64,000 bases of DNA from Desulfobacterales bacterium (GTDB taxonomy: Bacteria > Desulfobacterota > Desulfobacteria > Desulfobacterales > UBA11574): the NCBI GenBank assembly GCA_030145345.1, contig JAQYVT010000005.1, positions 3,939 through 67,938 of the forward strand. Direction: 5' to 3'. Shown here piece after piece: positions 48,075-57,474 of the stretch; within the stretch, counting starts at the first letter, position 1; every line of letters starts with the position of its first letter. A program made the translations under genes and the position numbers. A model generated the notes under the pieces. It made no database searches. It had not been told where the DNA came from and was given only the letters and a program-made list of their open reading frames with translations.

Positions 48075-48112
48075 AAAATCCTGCGTGCACTTCGTGCCGC
48101 AGGATTTTTTTT
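48075..48112 (+). terminator. Rho-independent terminator of grpE-dnaK
   Basis: The sequence aaaatcctgcg-tgcacttcgtgc-cgcaggatttttttt forms a GC-rich stem followed by T8. Confidence 0.8.
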
Positions 48113-48169
48113 GCTGGACTGTTTCACATGCCGTGCCGTTGTGGTAAATTTGAGCACGGTCAAACCGGA

Positions 48170-50125
48170 TTAATCTTCCTGCAGCGCCTTTATATTTGCG
48201 TAATAATCGAGGGCTTCCGGGTTGTTCAGTGAGTCCTTGTTGAGAACCGGCTGGTTGTGGATGACCTTTTTCACGGCCAGTTCGACCTTTTTCATATTGT
48301 GTGTATAGGGAATATCCGGCACTGAAACAATGACAGCAGGTACATGCCTTGGCGAGGCGTTGGCGCGAATGGTGGTTTTTATTTTATTGATAATCTCTTG
48401 GTTTAGCTTGTACCCTTCGGCCATTTTGACAAACAGAATCACCCGAACATCATTTTTCCAATTCTGCCCTACCACCACACAGTCTTGGATTTCCTTTAAA
48501 GGATCCATCTGGCGATAGATCTCGGCGGTCCCGATGCGCACGCCGCCGGGGTTCAAAGTGGCATCCGACCGGCCGTAAATGATGACGCCGCCCCTTTCGG
48601 TGACCACAATATAGTCTCCATGCCGCCAGATATCGGGATACACATCAAAATATGCATCCCGATATTTTTGGGTGTCCGGATCATTCCAGAAGTAAATGGG
48701 CATGGACGGAAACGGAGCGGTACAGGCCAGCTCTCCCTGTCGGTTGATGACCGATTCTCCGTTTTCGTCCAATGCCAGAACCTTCATGGCCAGCCCCCTG
48801 CACTGGAGTTCGCCGGCATAGACCGGCCCCATGGGATTCCCCAGGGCAAAACAGCCGTTGAGATCCGTCCCTCCGGAAATCGAGGCCAGCTGAAGGTCTT
48901 GTTTGACGTCCCTGTAGATATACTCAAAACCTTCCACGGACAACGGTGAACCGGTTGAAAGTAACGCCTTGAGCGGGGAGAGGTCATAGGTCTTGCCGGG
49001 TTTCACACCGGCATTCTGCAGGGCTGAAATGTATCCTGCACTGGTTCCGAATATGGTGATTTTTTCATCCTGGGCCATCTTCCAGAGGGCTCCGGGATCC
49101 GGGTGGAAGGGGTTGCCGTCAAAAAGTACCAGCGTGGCCCCCACGGCCAAAGAACTGACCAGCCAGTTCCACATCATCCAGCTGCAGGTGGTGAAGTAAA
49201 AGATCGTATGGTCTCTTTTTAAATCGGTGTGAAGGATGAGTTCTTTTAAATGATGGATAAGAATTCCTCCGGCGCTCTGAACCATGCACTTGGGAAGTCC
49301 GGTGGTGCCCGACGAATACATGATGTAAAGGGGATGGCCAAAAGGGAGTTGATCGAACTCAATCTCCAGATTCCATGGGGCAGATCGAAAATCATTGTAA
49401 TGAACGGCATTGGGCACGCCGGTGATATCCGGATCTGTCCGGGTGTACGGCACCACCACCACTTTTTCGATGGACGGAAGCTCCTTTATAATGTTCGAGA
49501 TACGCCCAAGGCTGTCAAAGCGTTTTCCTTTGAAAAAATAACCATCGGCCGTAAACAAAATCTTGGGTTGAATCTGTCCGAATCGATCGAGCACCCCTTT
49601 GAGCCCAAAATCAGGAGAACACGAAGACCAGGCTGCACCGATACTGGCGGCGGCCAGCATGGCGATAACGGTCTCGGGCATGTTGGGCATAAAGCCGACC
49701 ACCCGATCGCCCGCTTGAACACCGGCGGCCCTTAAAGATCCGGCAACCCGAGCCGTTTCATCATAAAGCTCGTCATAGGTCATGGTTCTGGCAACGCGAT
49801 CTTCCCCCCTGAAGACCAGGGCGGGTTTATGGCCTTTATACCTTAGAAGGTTTTCCGCAAAGTTAAGCCGTGATCCGGAAAACCATTTGGCGCCCGGCAT
49901 TTTCCCGATGTCGTCGATGATCTGTTCGTACGGCCTTGACGCCTTGATTTCGGCAAATTCCCACATCGACGCCCAGAAGTCGGGAATATTATCGATGGAC
50001 CATTGGTAAAGCGGCGCATATTCAGAAAATTGCCGGTTGTACTTTTGATTAATAAAACTCATGAAACGATACATGTTTGTGCGTCTGACGCTTTCCTCAG
50101 AGGGTTTCCACAAAAGTTCGGCCAT
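48170..50125 (-). CDS. Acetoacetyl-CoA synthetase (acetoacetate--CoA ligase)
   Basis: It has the AMP-binding motif [10 protein letters not shown] and the AACS-like N-terminus LWKPSEE...NMYRFM. The ATG at 50125 has aagga 9 nt upstream. The longest ORF starts at 50134. Confidence 0.8.
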   Translation of the reverse strand: MAELLWKPSEESVRRTNMYRFMSFINQKYNRQFSEYAPLYQWSIDNIPDFWASMWEFAEIKASRPYEQIIDDIGKMPGAKWFSGSRLNFAENLLRYKGHKPALVFRGEDRVARTMTYDELYDETARVAGSLRAAGVQAGDRVVGFMPNMPETVIAMLAAASIGAAWSSCSPDFGLKGVLDRFGQIQPKILFTADGYFFKGKRFDSLGRISNIIKELPSIEKVVVVPYTRTDPDITGVPNAVHYNDFRSAPWNLEIEFDQLPFGHPLYIMYSSGTTGLPKCMVQSAGGILIHHLKELILHTDLKRDHTIFYFTTCSWMMWNWLVSSLAVGATLVLFDGNPFHPDPGALWKMAQDEKITIFGTSAGYISALQNAGVKPGKTYDLSPLKALLSTGSPLSVEGFEYIYRDVKQDLQLASISGGTDLNGCFALGNPMGPVYAGELQCRGLAMKVLALDENGESVINRQGELACTAPFPSMPIYFWNDPDTQKYRDAYFDVYPDIWRHGDYIVVTERGGVIIYGRSDATLNPGGVRIGTAEIYRQMDPLKEIQDCVVVGQNWKNDVRVILFVKMAEGYKLNQEIINKIKTTIRANASPRHVPAVIVSVPDIPYTHNMKKVELAVKKVIHNQPVLNKDSLNNPEALDYYANIKALQED

Positions 50126-50287
50126 GATCAACATCCTTATCCGTAAGTTGACAGATTAATAAATTTGCATACCGCCAATGTAATTCATTTTTAACTTTAA
50201 CCTTGAAACATAGTCAAGAATATGCCTTGAAAATCTTCTTTAAATATGTTTCAGGTTAAATTTTCATATATATTTAAGGAGATACGA

Positions 50288-51322
50288 ATGCGAATTGTGG
50301 ACCTGCGATCGGACACCCTCACGCAGCCGACCCCACCCATGCGACAGGCCATGTCAGCGGCGAACGTCGGAGACGATGTGTTCGGTGAAGACCCGACGGT
50401 GAATTTTTTGGAAGAAATGGTTGCAAAACGGCTTGGAAAAGAAGCTGCACTGTTTGTGCCCAGTGGAACCATGGCAAACATGGTCAGCCAGATGACCCAC
50501 TGTGGGGGGGGTGACGAAGTAATTCTTGGCGATCAATCCCATATTTTTTTCTATGAGCAGGGAGGATTATCTGCTTTGGGCGGCATACATCCACACACGG
50601 TCGCCAACCAGCCTGACGGCAAGCTGCCTCTCCATCACATAGAAGCGGCAATTCGACACGACGACATTCACTTTCCGATAACGCGGCTGATTGTTCTGGA
50701 GAACACCCATAACCGATGTAATGGAAGCCCTTTGGATGCTGCTTACATGCACTCCGTGGGAAAGTTGGCACGCCGTTACGGGCTGAAAGTACATGTTGAC
50801 GGCGCTCGGCTGTTTAATGCTGCCATCGCTTTGGGTGTTGAAGCCCGGGAACTTGTTGCCGAAGCAGATTCGGTCAATATTTGTCTGAGCAAGGGGCTGG
50901 CTGCGCCGGTGGGATCGGTCGTTTCCGGGAACCGGGCGTTTATTTCAAAAGCTCGGCGGGTTCGCAAGGTGTTGGGGGGCGGTATGCGCCAGTCGGGCAT
51001 ACTGGCGGCCGCCGGCATCGTTTCTTTGACGGAAATGGTGGATCGTTTGGAAGATGATCATGTAAACGCCCGGAAATTGGCGGAAGGTTTGGCCGATGTC
51101 AACGGTCTGTCCATTGATCCCGATGATGTGAAGACCAATATCGTTTATTTCCAAGCAACGCGAAAAGGAATTACGTCGCAAATTCTAGCAGAAACACTCG
51201 GCGGCCAGGGCATCCGGGTGCTTCCCACCGGTCCGGATCGCCTGAGGGCCGTCACCCATTATCAGGTTACATCGGATGATATCGATTATACTTTAGACGT
51301 ATTTTCCAGGGTTCTTAAATAA
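50288..51322 (+). CDS. ltaE: Low-specificity L-threonine aldolase
   Basis: It has VDLRSDTLTQPT and a PLP-fold body. The ATG at 50288 follows aaggag. The longest ORF starts at 50246. Confidence 0.85.
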   Translation: MRIVDLRSDTLTQPTPPMRQAMSAANVGDDVFGEDPTVNFLEEMVAKRLGKEAALFVPSGTMANMVSQMTHCGGGDEVILGDQSHIFFYEQGGLSALGGIHPHTVANQPDGKLPLHHIEAAIRHDDIHFPITRLIVLENTHNRCNGSPLDAAYMHSVGKLARRYGLKVHVDGARLFNAAIALGVEARELVAEADSVNICLSKGLAAPVGSVVSGNRAFISKARRVRKVLGGGMRQSGILAAAGIVSLTEMVDRLEDDHVNARKLAEGLADVNGLSIDPDDVKTNIVYFQATRKGITSQILAETLGGQGIRVLPTGPDRLRAVTHYQVTSDDIDYTLDVFSRVLK

Positions 51323-51472
51323 CAGGATCCGTTTGCAGAGGAACTTATGATTCCTTTCATGTGAGATATTCGGGCTATATTTTTCGATTTACAAAAGAAA
51401 TGGCCGATGATATAAAATTAAGTCTTGGACCTATACACGGTATAGAACCAGAACCGTAAAAAGGAGGAGACG

Positions 51473-51817
51473 GTGTCAAAGATACGGATGATTTTACTTT
51501 GGATTGCGGTGGTTTTTCTATCCTGCACCCTTGCTGCGACAGGGTCCTTTGCAAAGGGGAAGGGCAAGGGCAAGGGACCGGGCGCTAGTGCTCCTTCCGG
51601 CTGGAGCAAAGGAGAAAAAAAAAGCTGGCAAACGGATGTTCCCGCCGGTCTCGAGGACAAGGACAAAGCCGGGGACCCTTCGGGCCTGACCCAGGAGAAG
51701 AAGGTTCAGGAAGGAAATGAAAAGGTCGAAAAGTTGCAGGAAAAAGAGCAAAAGAGATCCAGAGAAAAAGAGCGCCACAGAGATAGGGACCGGGAAGAAA
51801 AGCAGAAGAAAGAATAA
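51473..51817 (+). CDS. Secreted low-complexity Lys/Glu/Arg-rich protein
   Basis: It has a GTG start after aggagg and a signal peptide ending near LSC/TLAATGSFA. KGKGKGKG and REKERHRDRDREEKQKKE tracts follow. Confidence 0.55.
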   Translation: MSKIRMILLWIAVVFLSCTLAATGSFAKGKGKGKGPGASAPSGWSKGEKKSWQTDVPAGLEDKDKAGDPSGLTQEKKVQEGNEKVEKLQEKEQKRSREKERHRDRDREEKQKKE

Positions 51818-51852
51818 GGGCATCGCCAAAAATTGGTGTTATCCACCCCACC

Positions 51853-51886
51853 AAAGACAGCGCCGGCAAAGGCGCTGTCTTTTTTG
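51853..51886 (+). terminator. Rho-independent terminator
   Basis: The sequence aaagacagcgcc-ggcaaa-ggcgctgtcttttttg forms a 12-bp stem followed by a T-run. Confidence 0.8.
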
Positions 51887-51905
51887 TTCGCCCGAATTGT
51901 CGCAC

Positions 51906-51939
51906 AAAAAAAAGCCCCGCCAACAGGGAGTGGCGGGGC
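51906..51939 (-). terminator. Rho-independent terminator of the minus-strand purH genes
   Basis: The stem is gccccgcc/ggcggggc. On the minus strand it is followed by tttttttt. Confidence 0.7.
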
Positions 51940-52078
51940 CGTTAAAATTCTTTATGAGAAATCCGGGCGAACCCGGTTTTCTCCAGAGTCTGATTCGTTC
52001 ATTTACCAGGCATCGGGGATGAAGCTGTAGTCTACCTATCGCGAATCCCTGATAACACAGTAAATGGACGAATCCGGG

Positions 52079-53329
52079 CTAATGTTTGAAACTCCTTTGG
52101 CCGGTATAGACCATGGTCGCGCCCACCTCATTGCAGGCTTCGATGGACTGGTAGTCGTTCTCCGATCCGCCGGCATGAATGACCGATGTAACGCCTTCTT
52201 TCAGTCCGACATCGACACCGTCTCTGAAAGGGAAAAAGGCATCGCTGACCATGGCCGCGCCGATGAGCCCGCCTTTTTCAACCGCCACCTTATCATCAAT
52301 TTCCGCTTTTTTATCGTCGTCTTTCAGATCGTTATACGGAATGCCATACATATCGAAGCAGTAACGATCCGCCAGCTTCCGATAGGCTTTGTCTCGGGCA
52401 ATCTCTGCAACACCGACCCGGTCCTGCTCACCGGTTCCAATGCCGACGGTGACTTGATCTTTAACATAAATCACTGAATTTGAGGTAATCCCGGATTCCA
52501 CAAGCCACCCGAAGAGCATATCGTTGTATTCCTGATCGGTGGGTTCCCGCTGGATTCGGTAGTGGGTGCCTTTATACTCGCATTCTGCAAGTTTTAGATC
52601 CGCCTGGGTGCGGGCTTGGGGAACAAAAGACCACTGGGCGATAATTCCACCGTCGATCAGGCTTTTAAATTCCACACATCGTTGACCCACAAAAGCCTGC
52701 AGCCGCTCGATATTGCCGATACGGATCACCCGGAGGTTTTTCTTCTTTGAAAAAATTCCCATGACACCTTCTTCAAAATCAGGGGCAACCACCACTTCGG
52801 CATATTGTTGGATAATGGCTTCAGCCGTTGCCCGGTCAACCGCCCGGTTGACTGCGATACATCCTCCGAATGCCGCAACTCTGTCTGCTATGTTCGCCTT
52901 TTGATATGCGTCTTCTAATGTATCGGACCTGGCAACGCCACAGGGATTGTTGTGCTTCACGATGACGACAGTGGGTTTATCTGGAAAATATCTCAAAATA
53001 TTCAATGAGTTGTCGGCATCGGTCAGGTTGGTTTTTCCCGGGTGCTTTCCAGATTGTAACAGTTCGATATCTGAAGCCAGATACTGGCCCGGCTGAATAG
53101 ATTCGGTTTCCCCAAGGACAAGATTTCCGTTTACCAGTTTGAAAAGCGCTGCTTCCTGGCCCGGATTTTCGCCGTATCTCAACCCTTTTTGGATGTTATC
53201 GATGGTCCATGATACTTTTTCGTAAAAAAGCGTCTGTCTTTTATCCTGGTCCACAAAACTAATCTCCATCTCCGGAGGAAAATGGTCATCCATTATTGTC
53301 CGATACATTTTCTTTAAATCTTCAGCCAT
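52079..53329 (-). CDS. purH: AICAR formyltransferase (stand-alone PurH C-terminal domain)
   Basis: It has YGENPGQ, VIVKHNNPCGVA, AFGGCIAVN, SDAFFPFRDGVD and MVYTGQRSFKH. It lacks the MGS/IMPCH domain. Confidence 0.85.
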   Translation of the reverse strand: MAEDLKKMYRTIMDDHFPPEMEISFVDQDKRQTLFYEKVSWTIDNIQKGLRYGENPGQEAALFKLVNGNLVLGETESIQPGQYLASDIELLQSGKHPGKTNLTDADNSLNILRYFPDKPTVVIVKHNNPCGVARSDTLEDAYQKANIADRVAAFGGCIAVNRAVDRATAEAIIQQYAEVVVAPDFEEGVMGIFSKKKNLRVIRIGNIERLQAFVGQRCVEFKSLIDGGIIAQWSFVPQARTQADLKLAECEYKGTHYRIQREPTDQEYNDMLFGWLVESGITSNSVIYVKDQVTVGIGTGEQDRVGVAEIARDKAYRKLADRYCFDMYGIPYNDLKDDDKKAEIDDKVAVEKGGLIGAAMVSDAFFPFRDGVDVGLKEGVTSVIHAGGSENDYQSIEACNEVGATMVYTGQRSFKH

Positions 53330-53354
53330 TGCTTTCTCCTTTAATTTAGATAGT

Positions 53355-54032
53355 TTAATCCTTATAACATCCCTTCACATCCTCAAAGGTCCTGGCGCCC
53401 AAAAAGTCTGCAATGGTGCGGTCATACGCCGCCGTGTATGCAAACGCCTTTTGTGCCAGACGGTAACGGAGTTTGAGGGATATGGAACCGTTACCTGCTT
53501 CCATTTCAGATATAATGGCTTCATAGTCTGAAGGGTCAACCACCGATGCAACCCTCAAATAGTTCTTGGCGGAAGCTCTGATCATACATGGCCCTCCGAT
53601 ATCGATATTGCCCCGGGCCATTTCAACCGTTACATCCGGTTTTGAAATCGTATCCTCAAACGGATACAGATTGCCCACAACCATATCGATATGAATGGAA
53701 CCTGTTCGCTGGATGTCTTCATTATGGGCGTCATTGTAAGTTTCGGTCAACAGTCCGAGATATATTTTAAAATCGAGGGTCTTTACAAGACCGCCCTGGG
53801 TTTCCGGCTGGCCCGTGTAATCAGACACCTGGGTCAGACAGGATTCGGCCGCATCCCCTATGATCTCTTTTATCTTCGCGTAAGTCCCGCCTGTTGAAAA
53901 AAACTGAATCTCCGGATTTATCTTGAGCAGCTCCGGTATGAATTCTTCCAGACCGCTTTTGTCAAAAACACTGGCAAGCACGTGCCTTACCTTGACACGA
54001 TCATCTATCCTCTCCACCACATTGATGCTCAT
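53355..54032 (-). CDS. IMP cyclohydrolase (stand-alone PurH N-terminal MGS-like domain)
   Basis: It has ASVFDKSGLEEF, FSTGGT, DMVVGNLYPF and NIDIGGPCMIRASAKNY. It lies 25 nt upstream of the AICARFT gene. Confidence 0.85.
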   Translation of the reverse strand: MSINVVERIDDRVKVRHVLASVFDKSGLEEFIPELLKINPEIQFFSTGGTYAKIKEIIGDAAESCLTQVSDYTGQPETQGGLVKTLDFKIYLGLLTETYNDAHNEDIQRTGSIHIDMVVGNLYPFEDTISKPDVTVEMARGNIDIGGPCMIRASAKNYLRVASVVDPSDYEAIISEMEAGNGSISLKLRYRLAQKAFAYTAAYDRTIADFLGARTFEDVKGCYKD

Positions 54033-54112
54033 AACATCTTCCCCTTTCGTTTCTTTTTAAATACATTGTCTATAAACCGTTTCAAAACCTCCCACTCCCC
54101 AGTTTTGCAGCA

Positions 54113-54577
54113 TCAGGCAATCTTGCCAGACTGTTTGCCTGTCATGTGTTCTATTTCAACCCTGATGACAACCGTATTTTTTACTTTGGTTTTCGGATAG
54201 TCAAATGTTCCATCTGAATATTGCTGCATGATAATATCCATCGCAGCACATTTTGCCTCAAAGCCGTCAACAAAGTACGCTTTTCCAAAACCGATGACAC
54301 TTTTATATTTCATCGCCCACTCACATGGGTTATCCGCTTTTATGGGTTCGCAGTCAATATCGAATTCAAAACAGACCGTATGGTTTCTTTTAAGAATATC
54401 GATCTTTCTGCCTTGATTTGCTGAATGAAAATAGAGTGTATTGTCTTTGTATCCGAAACTTAAGGGCACAATATACGGCCGGTTCTCATCAAGCAGCCCC
54501 AGCCTGCAGACCACAGACCTTTGGATGATGGATTCGATTTCGGCCCGATCTGTAATTTCCTTGTCCGTTCTCCGCAT
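54113..54577 (-). CDS. Pyridoxamine 5'-phosphate oxidase family (NimA-like) FMN-binding protein
   Basis: It is 154 aa. The N-terminus MRRTDKEITDRAEIESII...CRLGL...PYIVPLSFGY is typical of the split-barrel family. Confidence 0.7.
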   Translation of the reverse strand: MRRTDKEITDRAEIESIIQRSVVCRLGLLDENRPYIVPLSFGYKDNTLYFHSANQGRKIDILKRNHTVCFEFDIDCEPIKADNPCEWAMKYKSVIGFGKAYFVDGFEAKCAAMDIIMQQYSDGTFDYPKTKVKNTVVIRVEIEHMTGKQSGKIA

Positions 54578-54830
54578 GACGATTTCTTTATCGTTGAAAC
54601 GTATGATTCCAGGTTGTTTGAAGTTCCTTTCGAAATGGGTCGTCCAACAGGGAAATTCAAGACGACTTGAAGGGGAAATATTTTCAAAAAGCTGAAATGC
54701 TGGAAAAAAGTTGTTTTGACACGAGCGGCATCAACGTATATAGACAAGTGCATTCAGCCGGTCTGATATTTCCATCGACCATATACTTACTATTATCCAA
54801 TCATAAATTCAAGAGGGTGCGTTATAAAAC

Positions 54831-55598
54831 ATGTTCGACCTGTGGATCGTGGGCATAATTTTCATTTTGGGTCTGTGCATCGGTAGTTTTTTAAATGTCT
54901 GCATTTACAGACTGCCGGCCTCAAAATCCATTGTGGATCCTCCCCGTTCAATTTGTCCAAACTGCAACAGCTACATCCCGTTTTATGACAATATCCCTGT
55001 GCTAAGTTATCTGTGTCTTAAAGGTCGATGCCGATATTGTAATACACGGATATCTTTTCGCTATCCCCTGGTGGAGTTCATAACCGGGATCGCCGCGGTG
55101 AATGTTTTTTTTATGTCGGGCGTGACCCTGGAAGGGCTGATATATTTCGTCTTCATTTCATCGCTGATTGTCATAACCTTTATTGATATCGATCATAAAA
55201 TCATCCCCGATATCATCACACTTCCGGGAATTCTTCTCGGTCTTGTGGCTTCTTTTGCGCTGCCGGCCGTGACGTTCAAAGCGTCGTTGCTGGGCCTGCT
55301 GATCGGCGGGGGCAGCCTGTTGTGTGTTGCTTGGGTCTACGCCCTGATTACCCGCAAAGATGGAATGGGCGGCGGCGATATCAAGCTGCTGGGGATGATG
55401 GGCACCATTATCGGCTGGAAAGGTGTTATCTTTACCATTTTTGTTTCGTCGATGGTGGGGACATGCGTCGGTTTGATCATGATACTGGTCAAAGGCAAAA
55501 ATATGAAATTTGCGATTCCATTCGGCCCGTTTCTGTCCATTGGGGCAATTTCATATATTTTCTTTGGAGAGCAAATTCTTCACTGGTACCTCAATTGA
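54831..55598 (+). CDS. pilD: Prepilin peptidase (A24 family, PilD)
   Basis: It has the Cys motifs CPNC...CRYC, YDNIPVLSY, and the catalytic Asp contexts IDIDH and GGGDIKLLG. Confidence 0.9.
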   Translation: MFDLWIVGIIFILGLCIGSFLNVCIYRLPASKSIVDPPRSICPNCNSYIPFYDNIPVLSYLCLKGRCRYCNTRISFRYPLVEFITGIAAVNVFFMSGVTLEGLIYFVFISSLIVITFIDIDHKIIPDIITLPGILLGLVASFALPAVTFKASLLGLLIGGGSLLCVAWVYALITRKDGMGGGDIKLLGMMGTIIGWKGVIFTIFVSSMVGTCVGLIMILVKGKNMKFAIPFGPFLSIGAISYIFFGEQILHWYLN

Positions 55599-56562
55599 CG
55601 ATCGCCACTTTAAGGTACAAATCGCCCCGTTGTCCGTCGGATGTTGTTTTGCCCAAACCTTTCAACCGCAGTTTGCTCCCTTCTTTTACACCGGGGGGAA
55701 CGATAACTTTGACAATCCGTTTCTGAAATCCCCAGGGGATATTGACCAGCTTTTTTGTCCCCACAAGCGCTTCGAAGGTTGTAACGTGAAGGGTACCATA
55801 GAGGTGGGGGTCTTTTCCAGGTCCAATGGGCCGGATGACCTGCAAACGGTGGGTTTTTCTTTTTGCGGTGACCCGACGCATTCTATCGGTGGCCCCTGTC
55901 TCAGGCAATGCAAGCAAGATTTTTAAGAAAACGATTCCAAAAACAAAGCCGCCGATATGCGCCCACCATGCAATTCCACTGGCGCTGCCATGGGTTCCTG
56001 TTGCATTTAGAAACTGGAGAACGAACCAGAGCCCCAGGAAGAAAAAAGCGGGAATTTCAACAAACCAGGGGATGATAATAATGGGAATCAGGGTCAATAT
56101 TTTGGCATGGGGGTGAAGAATCAAATACGCCCCCATAACCCCCGCCACGGCCCCGCTGGCTCCGATGGTGGGCATGTTGGAATGAAAGTTGAGAACCAGA
56201 TGGGAAAGACCGGATGTAATTCCGCAAAGCAGGTAAAAAGCGATGTAACGAAAAGGGCCGAGACGATCTTCGATATTATCCCCAAAGATATACAGGAACC
56301 ACATATTGCCAAGAAGGTGAAAGAACCCGCCGTGTAAAAACATGAAAGAGAGCAGGGACAACAGCTGCTGACCGGTTGAAAAGTAAGATGCAATTTGAGG
56401 GACCGAATATCTGGCGGGAACAAGACCGTAGACATAGATGAACCGATTGAAATCGGCCCCTTGGGACATTTCAAACAGATAAAGGACAACGTTGATACCG
56501 ATAATCGTATGATTTACAACCGGGTAATTTTTGGAGGGTATGGTATCGCGTATGGGTATCAT
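55591..56562 (-). CDS. Rhomboid intramembrane serine protease with a C-terminal DnaJ-C-like beta domain
   Basis: The rhomboid motifs are HGGFFHLLGNMWFLY, GASGAVAGV and WAHIGGF. The C-terminal 80 aa (TLHVTTFEALVGTKKLVNIP...VPPGVKEGSKLRLKGLG...GDLYLKV) resemble the DnaJ C-terminal substrate-binding fold. The start overlaps the nadC stop (ATGA). Confidence 0.75.
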   Translation of the reverse strand: MIPIRDTIPSKNYPVVNHTIIGINVVLYLFEMSQGADFNRFIYVYGLVPARYSVPQIASYFSTGQQLLSLLSFMFLHGGFFHLLGNMWFLYIFGDNIEDRLGPFRYIAFYLLCGITSGLSHLVLNFHSNMPTIGASGAVAGVMGAYLILHPHAKILTLIPIIIIPWFVEIPAFFFLGLWFVLQFLNATGTHGSASGIAWWAHIGGFVFGIVFLKILLALPETGATDRMRRVTAKRKTHRLQVIRPIGPGKDPHLYGTLHVTTFEALVGTKKLVNIPWGFQKRIVKVIVPPGVKEGSKLRLKGLGKTTSDGQRGDLYLKVAIVN

Positions 56563-57401
56563 AACGACTCATCGGCTGCTTTTACCCGCATACTGATATC
56601 CACACATCTTGCAGAATGGGTCAGTGCCCCCGCGGATATGATATCTGCGCCGGTATCTGCCAGGGATTTGAGAACGCTCTTTTTTACATTTCCGGATACC
56701 TCGACCACCGCCCGTCCATCAATATGCGCTATGGCGTCTTTTATCTGCTGTACGTTCATGTTGTCGAGCATAATGACATCCGAACCGGCTTCAAGGGCTT
56801 CCTCGACCTGCTTTTTGCTGGAAACCTCCACCTCTATCTTTGATAGGTGAGACACTTCAGACCGGATACGATCCACCGCCTTTTTTATGCCGCCACAGGC
56901 GGCAATGTGATTGTCCTTGATTAAAACGCCATCGTACAACCCCATCCGGTGGTTATGGGCGCCGCCCACTCGGACCGCATATTTTTCCAATACACGCCAG
57001 CCCGGGGTGGTCTTGCGGGTATCGACCAGCCGCGATTTTTTCCCTGCAAGTTCATTGACATGCGCCCGGACAAAGGTGGCCACCCCGGAGAGACGTTGAA
57101 GAAAATTCAAGGCGGTTCGCTCACCTGAGAGCAGGGCACGGAGCCGGCCTTCAACATTCGCGATGGTGTCACCCGGTTCAACGGCATCGCCATCCGTATA
57201 TTCGGACCTCAATATGACGTTGGGATCAAGATGCCGAAAAACCCGCGCGACGATCTCCAGTCCGGCAACGACCAGGGGTTCTTTGGCAACGATGATGCCT
57301 CTGCCCTCAAGATTCGGATCGATAAGATTATCGGTGGTAATGTCCCCCGGGCCGATATCTTCTTTTAGCGCTATTTCGATGAGATGTTGTATTGAGTTCA
57401 T
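56559..57401 (-). CDS. nadC: Nicotinate-nucleotide pyrophosphorylase (carboxylating)
   Basis: It is 280 aa and QPRTase-like (GERTALNFLQRLSG, DTRKTTPG, IMLDNM). Confidence 0.9.
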   Translation of the reverse strand: MNSIQHLIEIALKEDIGPGDITTDNLIDPNLEGRGIIVAKEPLVVAGLEIVARVFRHLDPNVILRSEYTDGDAVEPGDTIANVEGRLRALLSGERTALNFLQRLSGVATFVRAHVNELAGKKSRLVDTRKTTPGWRVLEKYAVRVGGAHNHRMGLYDGVLIKDNHIAACGGIKKAVDRIRSEVSHLSKIEVEVSSKKQVEEALEAGSDVIMLDNMNVQQIKDAIAHIDGRAVVEVSGNVKKSVLKSLADTGADIISAGALTHSARCVDISMRVKAADESL

Positions 57402-57474
57402 GATAAAACCATTTCACATTGATTTCGCCCTAACGTTGCAACCATAGGGTTCGGTTTACATGAAATATTTCGGC

